This document shows, piece after piece, positions 9,366 through 18,800 of a stretch of 36,265 nt of DNA (position 1 is its first letter; each line of letters begins with the position of its first letter). Position numbers and translations under genes: made by a program. Under the pieces are notes generated by a model that worked only from the letters and a program-made list of their open reading frames with translations, was not told the DNA's origin and did not search any database. Source of the stretch: Myxococcota bacterium (GTDB lineage Bacteria; Myxococcota; SpSt-1050); assembly GCA_049969675.1 (NCBI GenBank), contig JBMFOP010000020.1, positions 1 to 36,265 of the forward strand, in the 5' to 3' direction.

Positions 9366-10056
9366 AAAAATTCCTGTGTCTCACATATAAACAAGCTATT
9401 GAGTTTCATGGCTTTGATCTTCTATAAAAATAACCTTTCAAATAGGAGTATTTTTTAAGACTTCAGATGGTTTATTTGTATTATAAACCATTGACTTCCG
9501 TATATTATATATATACAACATTTGCAATTGTCAATGCCTCTTTTAAATGGCTGTTTAATATGCTTGTTATTTTGCCGTCCAAAACATTTAAATGCCAGTC
9601 TGATTAGTTCAGGTTTTCTTAATTCCCTGATTTTTAGGCGACTCAGACCTTCATCTTTTCTAAAATATCAGTATAGTATTTTAAGACATCTTAAATTTAA
9701 TATTTTTATCATAAACCTTACACCTTTTCCGCCAATCTCTTTACTTATCAATTACGAATTTTATTTTAAGGCGGCCCTTTTAGCGATTTTATCCCAAACA
9801 GCAACTACAGAATATGCATACCCTTTTTGCCAGACTTTTTATATCTTATTGAGCTCATGGTGCCTATATATGCACTATTGTAACAAAATTTGGAAGAATC
9901 TAAATAGGGATAAGATTTTTTAGCCAATCACATTTAAGATTTTGTGGGATAGTTAAAATTCCTTATTTGAGAGTATTTTTCTCAATGCAGTGTGATGTTA
10001 ATAAGTTTTTTGAGCTGTTTGTGAAATAAAGATATATTCCATAAAAACCTATTGCC

Positions 10057-10087
10057 TCACATCTGTCCAAAATAATTTTACGGATGT
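10057..10087. repeat. Isolated terminal motif of the dispersed repeat, forming an imperfect palindrome
   Basis: tcacatctgtccaaaa is identical (16 nt) to 404-419; acatctgt..aaaa-taa-tttt-acggatgt can fold back. Confidence 0.55.
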
Positions 10088-10141
10088 TTCATCTCCATTC
10101 TTGAATAGATAAAATGGGGAGTGAATTTTAAATTCTCTGTT

Positions 10142-10170
10142 TTGACAACAGGCTTTTCTCATAATATAAT
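10142..10170 (+). promoter_or_regulatory. Consensus sigma70 promoter for ygeW operon
   Basis: TTGACA (10142-10147), 17-nt spacer, TATAAT (10165-10170), followed by SD aaggagg and ATG at 10196. Confidence 0.8.
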
Positions 10171-10195
10171 CTCGTTTCTTTGAAAGGAGGAATGT

Positions 10196-11389
10196 ATGCC
10201 ATCAAAAGAGATTCAAAAGAGATTTTCTGAACTAAAGAAATTAGAGACAGATATGTATATGAAGGACTTTCTCCTGACATGGGAGAAGACATTGGATGAG
10301 GTGAAGGCAGTTGCGCTTGTTGCAGAGGTATTAAAATTGATGCATAAGGAGAATATCAGTACGCGACTCTTTGATACGGGTCTTGCTATTTCAATATTTA
10401 GAGATAAATCCACCCGCACGAGATTTAGTTTTGCATCGGCTGTGAATATGCTTGGACTTGCCCTTGTGGAACTGGATGAGGAGAAGTCGCAGATATCCCA
10501 CGGTGAGACGGTGAGAGAGACAGCCAATATGATTTCATTTTTGACTGAGGTAATTGGTATAAGAGATGATATGTTTTTAGGAGAGGGAAATACTTATATG
10601 CGTGAGGTCGCTTCAGCGGTTCAGGAAGGTTTTGAAGAGGGAGTTCTGCATCAGAGACCAACTCTTGTAAATCTACAATGTGATATAGACCATCCCACAC
10701 AGTCAATGTCAGATTTATTAAAACTAAAAAATTACTTTGGCGGATTTGAGAAACTAAAAGGGAAGAAGATTGCAATGACCTGGGCATATTCGCCGAGCTA
10801 TGGGAAGCCACTCTCAGTCCCTCAGGGTATAATCGGTCTTTTGACACGCTTTGGGATGGATGTGGTACTTGCCTATCCAGAGGGATATAACCTGATTGAA
10901 GATGTGGAGAGACTTGCAGTAGATAATGCAAAAAAATATGGTGGGTCATTTACAAAGGTCCATTCAATGGAAGAGGCATTCAATGATGCAGATGTGGTAT
11001 ATCCCAAATCCTGGGCACCGTTCTCTGTGATGCAGAGGAGGACAGAACTCTTGAAGAATGGTGATAGAGAGGGATTAAAGGAGCTTGAGAAGGAATGCCT
11101 TGCCAATAATGCAAAGTATAAAAACTGGGAGTGCAATGAGAAGATGATGAGCCTCACAAAGGATAAGAGCGCACTTTATATGCACTGCCTCCCAGCAGAT
11201 ATATCCGGCGTGAGTTGTAAGGAGGGAGAGGTCTCAAAGGAGGTCTTTGAAAAGTACAGGCTACACACTTATGAAGAGGCATCATATAAACCGTTTGTAA
11301 TCGCCGCTATGATTCTTACATCCCGGTTTAAGGACCCAAATAAAGTTCTTTCAGCCCTGATAAGGAAGAAATCAAAGAGAATAAAGTAG
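10196..11389 (+). CDS. ygeW: YgeW-type (knotted) carbamoyltransferase
   Basis: FRDKSTRTRFSF, SQISHGETVRETANMISF, IGIRDD, NLQCDIDHPTQ, WAYSPSYGKPLSVPQG, YPKSW, MHCLPAD are hallmark YgeW segments. Confidence 0.92.
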   Translation: MPSKEIQKRFSELKKLETDMYMKDFLLTWEKTLDEVKAVALVAEVLKLMHKENISTRLFDTGLAISIFRDKSTRTRFSFASAVNMLGLALVELDEEKSQISHGETVRETANMISFLTEVIGIRDDMFLGEGNTYMREVASAVQEGFEEGVLHQRPTLVNLQCDIDHPTQSMSDLLKLKNYFGGFEKLKGKKIAMTWAYSPSYGKPLSVPQGIIGLLTRFGMDVVLAYPEGYNLIEDVERLAVDNAKKYGGSFTKVHSMEEAFNDADVVYPKSWAPFSVMQRRTELLKNGDREGLKELEKECLANNAKYKNWECNEKMMSLTKDKSALYMHCLPADISGVSCKEGEVSKEVFEKYRLHTYEEASYKPFVIAAMILTSRFKDPNKVLSALIRKKSKRIK

Positions 11390-11401
11390 AGAGGAGTTAA
11401 T

Positions 11402-12859
11402 ATGTCAAGGATTATCAAAAAGATAAATAAGGAGGTCCTCAAGAAGACTGCAAGACGTTGTAAGGAGCGAGGGATAATTATTCCAACTTTTGGTCAGATG
11501 AAGGACCCGAATCTGATACCAGATGGTATTAAAGATAGACTTAAGGGTGTGGGGCTGTGGGATGTAAATCCACTTAATCTCTTCAGGATTACCTGGAAGA
11601 ATGATATTAGAACCGGGCTTTTTAATGGTGTAAACTACTTTGAAATCCCTCAGAAGATAACAGGGGTAAAGGCAAGGATTGTAGGGCTTGTTGGGAAATA
11701 TTTTCCGACCGGGGCACATAAAGTCGGGGCGGCATTTGGCTGTCTGGTACCAAGGCTTGTCTCGGGTGAGTTTGATCCAACAGTGCATAAGGCGGTCTGG
11801 CCATCTACGGGTAATTATTGTAGAGGTGGTGCATTTGACTGTGCACTTCTTGCCTGTACAGCAATTGCTATACTCCCACAGGAGATGAGCAAGGAGCGAT
11901 TTGAGTGGCTAAAGAGTATCGGTGCGGAGATTATTGCAACTCCCGGTTGTGAATCAAATGTGAAAGAGATATATGATAAGTGCTGGGAATTGAGACGGGA
12001 TCCAAACAATATAATATTCAATCAGTTTGATGAATTTGGAAATCCTATCTGGCACTACAATGTGACAGGTCCAGCGATCTTTGAGGTCTATTCAGAGATA
12101 AAGAATAAGAGGTCCAGACTATCGGCATTTGTCTCTGCCACAGGTTCAGCAGGGACCATTGCAGCAGGTGATTTTTTGCGAACCCGATCCCCGCATATAA
12201 AAGTGGTGGCTGGTGAGGCGCTGCAATGTCCAACACTTTTACTCAATGGGTTTGGTGGGCACCGTATTGAAGGCATCGGTGATAAACATGTCCCCTGGAT
12301 ACACAATCTCAGAAATACAAACAATGTCTCTGCCATTGATGATGAAGACTGTATGAGGGTCTTAAGGCTCTTTAATGAACCTGAAGGTCTGAATTATCTA
12401 AAGAAGGTTGGTGTAGATGAGGTTACAGTAAACAAACTTGAACTGCTCGGTATATCAAGTATAAGCAATCTACTCTCCTCAATAAAGACGGCAAAATACT
12501 ATGATATGGATGAGAATGACATAATATTTACAGTCTTTACAGATTCAGCTGAGATGTATAAGTCAAGGATAATTGAACTTTCTGAGCAGAGAGGTAGATA
12601 TTCACAGGAGCAGGCGGCACGGGATTATGACTCCTGTCTCCTCTCGCAGAAGACAGACAATTATATTGAACTTACTTATCTGGATCAGAAGCGAATTCAC
12701 AATCTCAAATATTACACCTGGGTGGAGCAGCAGGGGAAGACTTATGAGGAGATACTTGAGCAGTGGGATCCAGAATACTGGAGGAGTTATTTTGAGGATG
12801 AGGTAGAGTATTTTGATGAATTGATAATGGAGTTTAATAGAGAGATTGAGCGGGCATAG
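11402..12859 (+). CDS. PLP-dependent fold-type II enzyme (cysteine/threonine synthase-like superfamily), substrate unknown
   Basis: PTGAHKVGAA (PLP Lys), WPSTGN, FNQF, ATGSAGT phosphate loop, HRIEGIG. Confidence 0.85.
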   Translation: MSRIIKKINKEVLKKTARRCKERGIIIPTFGQMKDPNLIPDGIKDRLKGVGLWDVNPLNLFRITWKNDIRTGLFNGVNYFEIPQKITGVKARIVGLVGKYFPTGAHKVGAAFGCLVPRLVSGEFDPTVHKAVWPSTGNYCRGGAFDCALLACTAIAILPQEMSKERFEWLKSIGAEIIATPGCESNVKEIYDKCWELRRDPNNIIFNQFDEFGNPIWHYNVTGPAIFEVYSEIKNKRSRLSAFVSATGSAGTIAAGDFLRTRSPHIKVVAGEALQCPTLLLNGFGGHRIEGIGDKHVPWIHNLRNTNNVSAIDDEDCMRVLRLFNEPEGLNYLKKVGVDEVTVNKLELLGISSISNLLSSIKTAKYYDMDENDIIFTVFTDSAEMYKSRIIELSEQRGRYSQEQAARDYDSCLLSQKTDNYIELTYLDQKRIHNLKYYTWVEQQGKTYEEILEQWDPEYWRSYFEDEVEYFDELIMEFNREIERA

Positions 12860-12898
12860 TAATTAAAGTATAAATACTGTATTGTAAAGGAGTAAGAA

Positions 12899-13114
12899 AT
12901 GGAGAAGTATAAATATTTCCTCTATGCAGCTATAACCATCGCATTGTCAATATTTTTCCTCTATGTGGCTATTACTACACCTTTTGCAGTGGATGGTTCT
13001 GCCGAGAGGGCAGAGGGCTCATTCCTGATGTACTCTGTTGGTATTATGTCGCTCTTTCTCACAGCACTATTTATCTATCAGGGTATAACAACAAAGGTAA
13101 AGAAGAAGAGGTGA
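12899..13114 (+). CDS. Small two-TM membrane protein
   Basis: SD aaggag upstream, two hydrophobic stretches, basic C-terminus. Confidence 0.7.
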   Translation: MEKYKYFLYAAITIALSIFFLYVAITTPFAVDGSAERAEGSFLMYSVGIMSLFLTALFIYQGITTKVKKKR

Positions 13115-13241
13115 AGTCCAGATAAGAACCTCGGTTTAAATTTTTGCTATTTTATAGAAAAGACCCTCAAATGTCGTTGAGATATATGATTGTATAGTAA
13201 ATCGTGTTTCTCTTATTGATTGCCGTGTGAAATATTTTTTA

Positions 13242-13269
13242 AGTCATCAGTCAATAATCAACAGTCCAT
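13242..13269. repeat. Degenerate heptamer tandem array
   Basis: agtcatc-agtcaat-aatcaac-agtccat between convergent genes. Confidence 0.55.
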
Positions 13270-13313
13270 AGATAAATTGTGGTTGACCTGATTTTAACTT
13301 TTTAATATTAAAA

Positions 13314-15719
13314 TTAATGTTCAATTCTCATTATATCCTTTTCGGTATCTGTTGATTCTTGTGGTGGTTCAAATCCCTCTCTGAAAGGCAGGAATATACA
13401 CTCATCTGAATCATCTTCACATCTTCTGCCAGTATGAATATTGACTCTAATAAATTTTATTGAGATGGGTGGATTAAAATCGCTATTGTCAAGCAACTTA
13501 AACACATTCGGGCTCTTTAATATTTTCTTAAAGAGTGGTGCGGCAAGATTCCCTCCCGTTGCCTTTCTTCCCATGCTCCTGTTGTCATCCCTCCCTATCA
13601 TAATCCCACAGGTGACCTGTGGTGTATATCCAATAAACCAGGCATTTGTATAATTATTTGTTGTACCTGTCTTCCCGGCGATATGTAATCCTTCAACATT
13701 CGCCGCTGTCCCGGTTCCTCGCTTAACAACATCCTTTAACATACGGGTAATTATATATGCGGTCTCTGGTAGTAATATCTGTTTTGGCTCTTGTTTATTG
13801 GTAAAGACCTCATTTCCATTTTCATCTTTAATAGAACTCAATATCTCTGCTCTATTCATAATCCCTTCATTCCCGAGTGCAGAGAAAAATTGAGTAATTG
13901 AAAGAAGCGATATCTCAAATGCACCGAGTGCAAGAGAAGGATAGGGTTTGACATCTATATTCAATCCCAGATTGTTTACAAAAGTTGAGACCTTTTCAAG
14001 TCCAAGATTTAGCAGGACTCTTACAGATACAGTATTCTTTGACTCTGTTATTGCATCAATTAATGTCATCTCTCCCTTAAATTCATCTTTATCATAGTTT
14101 GATGGGCGATAGATGTTTCCAGTCTGTGGGTCCCTATATTCTATCGGGGCATCATTCTCTATGGAGACAATATTATAAATCCCGCTCTCAATCGCATAGG
14201 AGTACAATATAGGCTTGAATGCACTGCCTGGCTGTCTCTCTGCCTGATATGCACGATTGAATTCATTAATAACATAGGAATATCCACCGGACAGACCAAG
14301 AATATCTCCACTCTTATTGTCAAGCAGGACAACTGCCCCCTGTATAAGTGGTGGATTTGCTATTTTTAGAGAGCCATTTGAGAGAACTACATAAAATATA
14401 ACATCGCCCTTCTTTAGTTTATTCTCTTTATTATTCTCTCTATGGACCTTTGGATATTTTATCTCAAGCACTGATTCACCTGAGAATATCTGTATGTTAT
14501 CCTTTTCTATCCCTGTGACGATTCCGAGATAGATTCTTCCCTCTTCAAGTGGTGATACCCTTGTATGCCTCTCAATATATTCTCTAATAGATATCTCATC
14601 TGAGTATGGTTTTGTAATCAAAAGCCCCATCCTCTTGTTCTGTGTATAATCTACAGATCTGAAGACCTCGCTTATTTTCTGGTGATGTCTCTTAAAGTCT
14701 GAGATGAGATTTCGAGTGTATAACTCAACATTGTAAAATTCCTGCTCGTTTAAGGTCGCGATTGGGGAGAATTTATCAGCATTTATTTCATTTAGATATT
14801 CTGTCAGTTGTTTCTGAATGGTGCTATCTATATCCTTATCAATTGTGAGATAGATGTTATATCCACCGTTATATAATATATTTATATCCATTACCTCTTT
14901 AATCCTCTTTAGTGCAAAAGAGACAGAATATGACATCTCATATTCTTTCTGATTGAATGAGAAGTTGAGAGGTTCTTCTGCATAATGCCTTGCCTCAGAA
15001 CTGGTAATAAATCCATTCTTCTCCATCTGCCTGATTATATGAAGCACTCTATCTCTTACCCTTTGAGGGTCTTTAAAGGTTGCAAATGGCTCCGGTGCTT
15101 TTACAAGTGCAGCAAGAAATGCCGCCTCTGTGACTGAGAGCTGTTCAGGCGATTTATTGAAGAAGTATCGGGCAGCCTCGTAAATACCGTAGTTGCCGGC
15201 TCCAAAATAGATCTGATTCAGGTAGAGATGCAATATCTCATTCTTTGTAAGATTCTTTTCGAGCCTGAATGATAATATCGCCTCCTTTATTTTACGGCTT
15301 AATGTCCGTTCGGGTGACAGAAAGAATGTCTTTACCACCTGTTGTGTTATGGTTGAACCACCCTGTTTCACCTTCCCTGAGATAAGATTAACATAGAGTG
15401 CTCTTAAGATTGTTGTAAGGTCTATCCCTCTGTGAGAGAAGAACTCCGCGTCTTCAGCGGCCAAAAAGGCATTTATGACATTTTTGGGTATTTTATCTAT
15501 ATCTATCTGAGTCCTCTTCTGATTATATAATCTATACAGCAGTCTTCCTTCTCTATCATATATATTCGTGGTCGTGAGTGGTTTATAATCTTTTATTGTA
15601 TATATTCTTGGTAGGTCCTTTGAATAATGATAGTAAAATATCAGAGAGAGATTGAGGCCGATTAAGAAAAAAATTGTTGTTAGTATCAATAATATCTTCA
15701 AAAATCGTAAAAGGCTCAT
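13314..15719 (-). CDS. mrcA: Class A penicillin-binding protein 1A (transglycosylase/transpeptidase)
   Basis: N-terminal TM; AAEDAEFFSHRGID, QGGSTITQQ, RKIKE, YLNQIYFG; QPGSAFKP (SxxK), SKN (SxN), AGKTGT. Confidence 0.93.
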   Translation of the reverse strand: MSLLRFLKILLILTTIFFLIGLNLSLIFYYHYSKDLPRIYTIKDYKPLTTTNIYDREGRLLYRLYNQKRTQIDIDKIPKNVINAFLAAEDAEFFSHRGIDLTTILRALYVNLISGKVKQGGSTITQQVVKTFFLSPERTLSRKIKEAILSFRLEKNLTKNEILHLYLNQIYFGAGNYGIYEAARYFFNKSPEQLSVTEAAFLAALVKAPEPFATFKDPQRVRDRVLHIIRQMEKNGFITSSEARHYAEEPLNFSFNQKEYEMSYSVSFALKRIKEVMDINILYNGGYNIYLTIDKDIDSTIQKQLTEYLNEINADKFSPIATLNEQEFYNVELYTRNLISDFKRHHQKISEVFRSVDYTQNKRMGLLITKPYSDEISIREYIERHTRVSPLEEGRIYLGIVTGIEKDNIQIFSGESVLEIKYPKVHRENNKENKLKKGDVIFYVVLSNGSLKIANPPLIQGAVVLLDNKSGDILGLSGGYSYVINEFNRAYQAERQPGSAFKPILYSYAIESGIYNIVSIENDAPIEYRDPQTGNIYRPSNYDKDEFKGEMTLIDAITESKNTVSVRVLLNLGLEKVSTFVNNLGLNIDVKPYPSLALGAFEISLLSITQFFSALGNEGIMNRAEILSSIKDENGNEVFTNKQEPKQILLPETAYIITRMLKDVVKRGTGTAANVEGLHIAGKTGTTNNYTNAWFIGYTPQVTCGIMIGRDDNRSMGRKATGGNLAAPLFKKILKSPNVFKLLDNSDFNPPISIKFIRVNIHTGRRCEDDSDECIFLPFREGFEPPQESTDTEKDIMRIEH

Positions 15720-15873
15720 AGTAGATTTATATCACAAGAGGGATAACAACATCAAATACAATCCACTTATTCGGTCATTTTGCCTCGTCCTTGCAATTGA
15801 ATAGAATAGCAATTCTCTTTATACCTCTATTGTTGTTAAAAATCATAATTGTTTAGAGCTATTTATGTGTTTT

Positions 15874-18800
15874 CTATTTCTTCTTCTTCCTCTCAAACCT
15901 TGGGAGTATTGTGGCTATCTCTGGAAGGACGAGCCTATCTCCAACTTTGACCTCATCACCTACATTGACATTTGCCTTTGTGGGTGGTGAACAATAGATT
16001 CCTATCTTTGAGCCCTCTTTTATATGGTTTCTGTCTACGAAGGCGAGTCCCACCTGAAAACCCTCACCATTATATGCTGATGAGGTGACATATCCAATCG
16101 CAATTCCCTGAGCATTTACCACCACATCCTTCTGTTTTGCTGGCCTGCTTATCTTATTGTTCATAATAAATCTGATTATCTCCATCTTTCTTCTCTTCTC
16201 TGACTCAATATAGGCATCTCTACCGATGAAGAATGGTTTGTGAAGTTTAACATACGGTGCAAATCCAGCTCCTGCTGGAGAGATATTATAAGGACCTGCA
16301 AGCTCGTGTCCATATAGCGGGAGTCCAGCCTCTGTTCTGAGCGAATCTCTTGCTCCAAGACCGCAGGGTTTTACACCATATTGTTTGCCGGCATCTAAAA
16401 TGAGCTCCCAGAATTTATTTACTCTGTCCGGATGGATATATAGTTCAAATGCTATCTCCTCTCCAGTATAACCGGTCCTTGATATGATAATATCTTCACC
16501 TTCAATATTCATCTCTAAGAAGTCAGTTCTTCTGAGAGATTTCAATCTCTGTTTCTCTCTGGGGTCTTTTATTATCTGAAGTAAAGTAGGGAGTGCCATC
16601 TTCCCCTGAAGTGAGATATCCACTCTCATATCTGAACCAGCACTTCTATCTTTTAGATTTCTAATCTCAACCGGTGAATCAATGTTTATATACCTTCTCT
16701 TATCGCAGAGTATAGCCTTACCGGAATTTATGTAATTCATCCAGGCTAAGTCTTTATCAGCATTACCTGCATTTACCACAATCATATATGAATCCTTTGA
16801 TTTTCGGTAAAGCATTATATCATCAATGACATTCCCCTCTGTATCCAGGAGGTAACTATATTGTGACTGCCCGGGCAATATCCATGAGGCATAATTTGTA
16901 GTAAGGATATTTAAGAATGACTCTACATTTTTGCCTCTGACCTCAAGGACACCCATATGAGAGACATCAAATAGTCCAGCGGCATTTCTTACAACATTGT
17001 GCTCATCAAGGATGCTTGAATACCATACTGGCATCTCCCATCCGGCAAATGGAATGACCTTCTGGGCATTCTTCCTGTGCCATTCATAGAGAACAGTCCT
17101 TTTAAGCCCTCCTTCTTTTTCTGTGTAAGAGAATTTTTCTTTTGGTACATCTTTGTTCTTTTGAATAAGTACATCTCTTATGAGAGGTTCTCCGGCAAAA
17201 TATACCTTCTCTGTTTTGAAGTAATGAGGATATTTATTATAAAATTCACTTATTGTGAGATTGTAACTCTCATTATTAATCAGGACTGTGGTATTTGAAC
17301 TGATCTCTCTTATTTTATTCTTTGTGAAGATCTCTCTTATACTTTTTAGTTCGTCTTTCCTTGTGATAATTGCAAATAACGGATCTCCATTTAATCGGGA
17401 TATCTTAAATAGATAGAACCCATCTTTGAAGATACCACTATTGTTTTCTATCTTAACAGATAAAAGATTTTCTATCTCCAGTCTTATCTCCTGAGAAAAT
17501 ATGAATCCACCAAACTTATCTGATAGCAGGATGTCATCCTGTAAATCAATTATATTGGCAGGACCTTCAATCTTCTTTGTGACATCCTCTCTGTCAAAGA
17601 CTATATAGCCATCAGAGATATTTCTGAGATATTCAAGTAACATCTCTTTCCTGAATGGATTGCAGAGAAGAATGAACCGTTCCTCTGATTCTGTTGAGGC
17701 ACAGAAGATATTTATAAAATCCAGAATTCTCCCATCTGCGTCAAAGAGCGGTGTGGCTATAGATTCTCCACTTTTCATATTAATAATATCTGCTGTTACA
17801 ATCTGGTGCAGAAAGTGTCCTGGTCTCTCACCCGATATCTCAAATATGCCATAATCTGTAAGCTCTGAAAAGAAACTGGATTCATCTGCAAACTTAAATT
17901 CAATGCCTTCAGCCTTTTTGGGCTTAAATGGCATAAATGGATAGCCGATCTGTTCATCAGATTTCAGTACTACAGATTGGTTGAGACTCAGTACCCTCTC
18001 TTTCCCCTTCGTTATAGTAGAAAATTCTACTTTTCCTCTCGGAAGGGGTCCGGTGAGTCCCTGATAGAAGAATGGTTTAATATCCAAAATTATATCAGTG
18101 ATAATATCTGCTAATGCTCTCACCTCCCTCTCTTTATATCCTCGTTGTGTAATCCATGGGGTACCAATCCTGAGGGCACTTGCATGCGCCGCTGTTGGGT
18201 CTCCCGCTATTGTGTTTTTATTTAGCACAATCCCGCATAGTTCAAGGATACGGGCGGCTATCTCACCTTTTACAGGGAGCGGTTTTGAATTTGGAAGTTT
18301 ATTCAGGTCAATTAACAACATATGCGTATTTGTGCCATTATTGGCTAATTTGAGACCTCTTTCTACAAACTGGTCTGCCATGGCGGAGGCGTTCTTTACC
18401 ACCTGTCTCATCATCTCTCTGAAGAGTTCGGAGTCTGCTATCTTGAATGCTATTGCCATTGCAGCCATCTTATTTACATGTGGACCTCCCTGCTCACCCG
18501 GGAAGACTGCATTATCAATTTTAGCCGCGATACTCTCATCCTTTGTCAGTATAATTGCTCCCCTCGGTCCACAGAGTGTCTTGTGAGTGGTGCACATCAC
18601 TGCATCGCAATATTCAATTGGATTTGGATAGACCCCTCCGACAATAAGCCCCGCTGGATGGGAGACATCAGCCACGAGTTTTGCCCCGACCTCATCTGCA
18701 ATCTCCCTGAACTTCTTCCAGTCAGGAGCCCACGGATATGATGTCCAGCCGGCAATAATCATCTTTGGCTTTGCCTCTTTTGCCTGTTGCATAATCTTAT

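Noticed and set aside
9455..9712. Minus-strand 85-codon frame with one internal TGA (possible selenoprotein or pseudogene)
   Set aside because: No recognisable family, no obvious SECIS-like hairpin, and it runs through the probable HEPN-MNT promoter region
9522..9923. 133-aa ORF in the AT-rich insert
   Set aside because: TTG start without SD, no recognisable motif, low-complexity L/F/I composition typical of non-coding AT-rich DNA
18098..18741. Plus-strand ORFs within glyA-gcvT
   Set aside because: Antisense shadows with no motifs; same reasoning applied to other nested ORFs in the track (e.g. 662-1018, 3556-4017, 10425-10949)
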